Shown: positions 63,661-64,000 of the stretch, one piece after another
Position numbering within the stretch: the first letter of the stretch is position 1
How the letters are laid out: each line of letters opens with the position of its first letter
NCBI GenBank assembly: GCA_051362555.1
Contig: CM120643.1
Coordinates: forward strand, 3,720,001-3,784,000
Reading direction: 5' to 3'
Source of the DNA: Lingula anatina
Taxonomy: Eukaryota > Animalia > Brachiopoda
Length of the DNA stretch: 64,000 nucleotides
The notes under the pieces: model-generated
The model's input: only the letters and a program-made list of their open reading frames with translations
What the model was told of the DNA's origin: nothing
Database searches by the model: none
Translations under genes and position numbers: made by a program

Positions 63661-64000
63661 ACTTAACTTTGATTGTACCATTTTTAGGCATATATATTTT
63701 TTGCATATTTTGAAAATTTTTGTTGATTGCATTTTTACAGCTTGTCAAGCAGAAGACTGGTGGCTGTGACCCTTATTTTGTGTATGTGGGGGTCTATACG
63801 AATGTGCTTGCTCCAGCTGGTGGTACAATATTCGGAGGCGGTATCGCCTCTCTGATCCTCTAGTTATATACAGACACTCTGTCTGTCTATATTCTGATCA
63901 CTGTGTCTGTCCAGTGTCATTGCCATAGTCAGCACTTTGTGACACATCTGTTGTCTACATATAACTGATAAACTGTATTTTTGTTTTAAATTTCTCTAGA

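Larger units (their letters stand above)
56331..63865 (+). mobile_element. Helentron-type termini enclosing 7.5 kb of nested and repeated sequence
   Basis: 5' subTIR TATTGTACCACCAGC with adjacent palindrome; 3' GCTGGTGGTACAATA (63816-63830), hairpin GAGGCG-gtat-CGCCTC and CTAGTT end. Confidence 0.65.

Overview
AT-rich animal (invertebrate-like) nuclear DNA, almost entirely repeat- and transposon-derived. No prokaryotic features, tRNA/rRNA or CRISPR were seen. (1) 1-2643, minus strand: the 5' end of an unrecognised gene built from GT-AG micro-exons (18, 49, 60, 54, >=38 bp) that splice in frame. (2) About 5.2-38.6 kb: a compound tandem array of 27 copies of a roughly 400-bp cassette separated by variable numbers of 193-bp satellite monomers (unit about 781+n x 193 bp), with higher-order structure. 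The cassette appears to contain a fossil exon of a P-element/THAP9-type transposase, and a diverged single-copy relative lies at 55.3-56.0 kb. (3) The array is interrupted by a young RTE-X-like LINE (SGNH esterase ORF1, intact 1147-aa APE-RT ORF2) and by a 928-bp foldback element with an 8-bp TSD. The two insertions fall 18 bp apart within the repeat unit. (4) 39-64 kb: a second truncated LINE, Helentron-type non-autonomous elements with internal satellites, a Gypsy LTR/protease relic, a deleted hAT with a spliced TTF-type zinc finger, a tandem foldback with ~180-bp repeat arms and a TA-flanked Tc1/mariner-type element. Family assignments come from motif recognition by eye and need HMM/Dfam confirmation.
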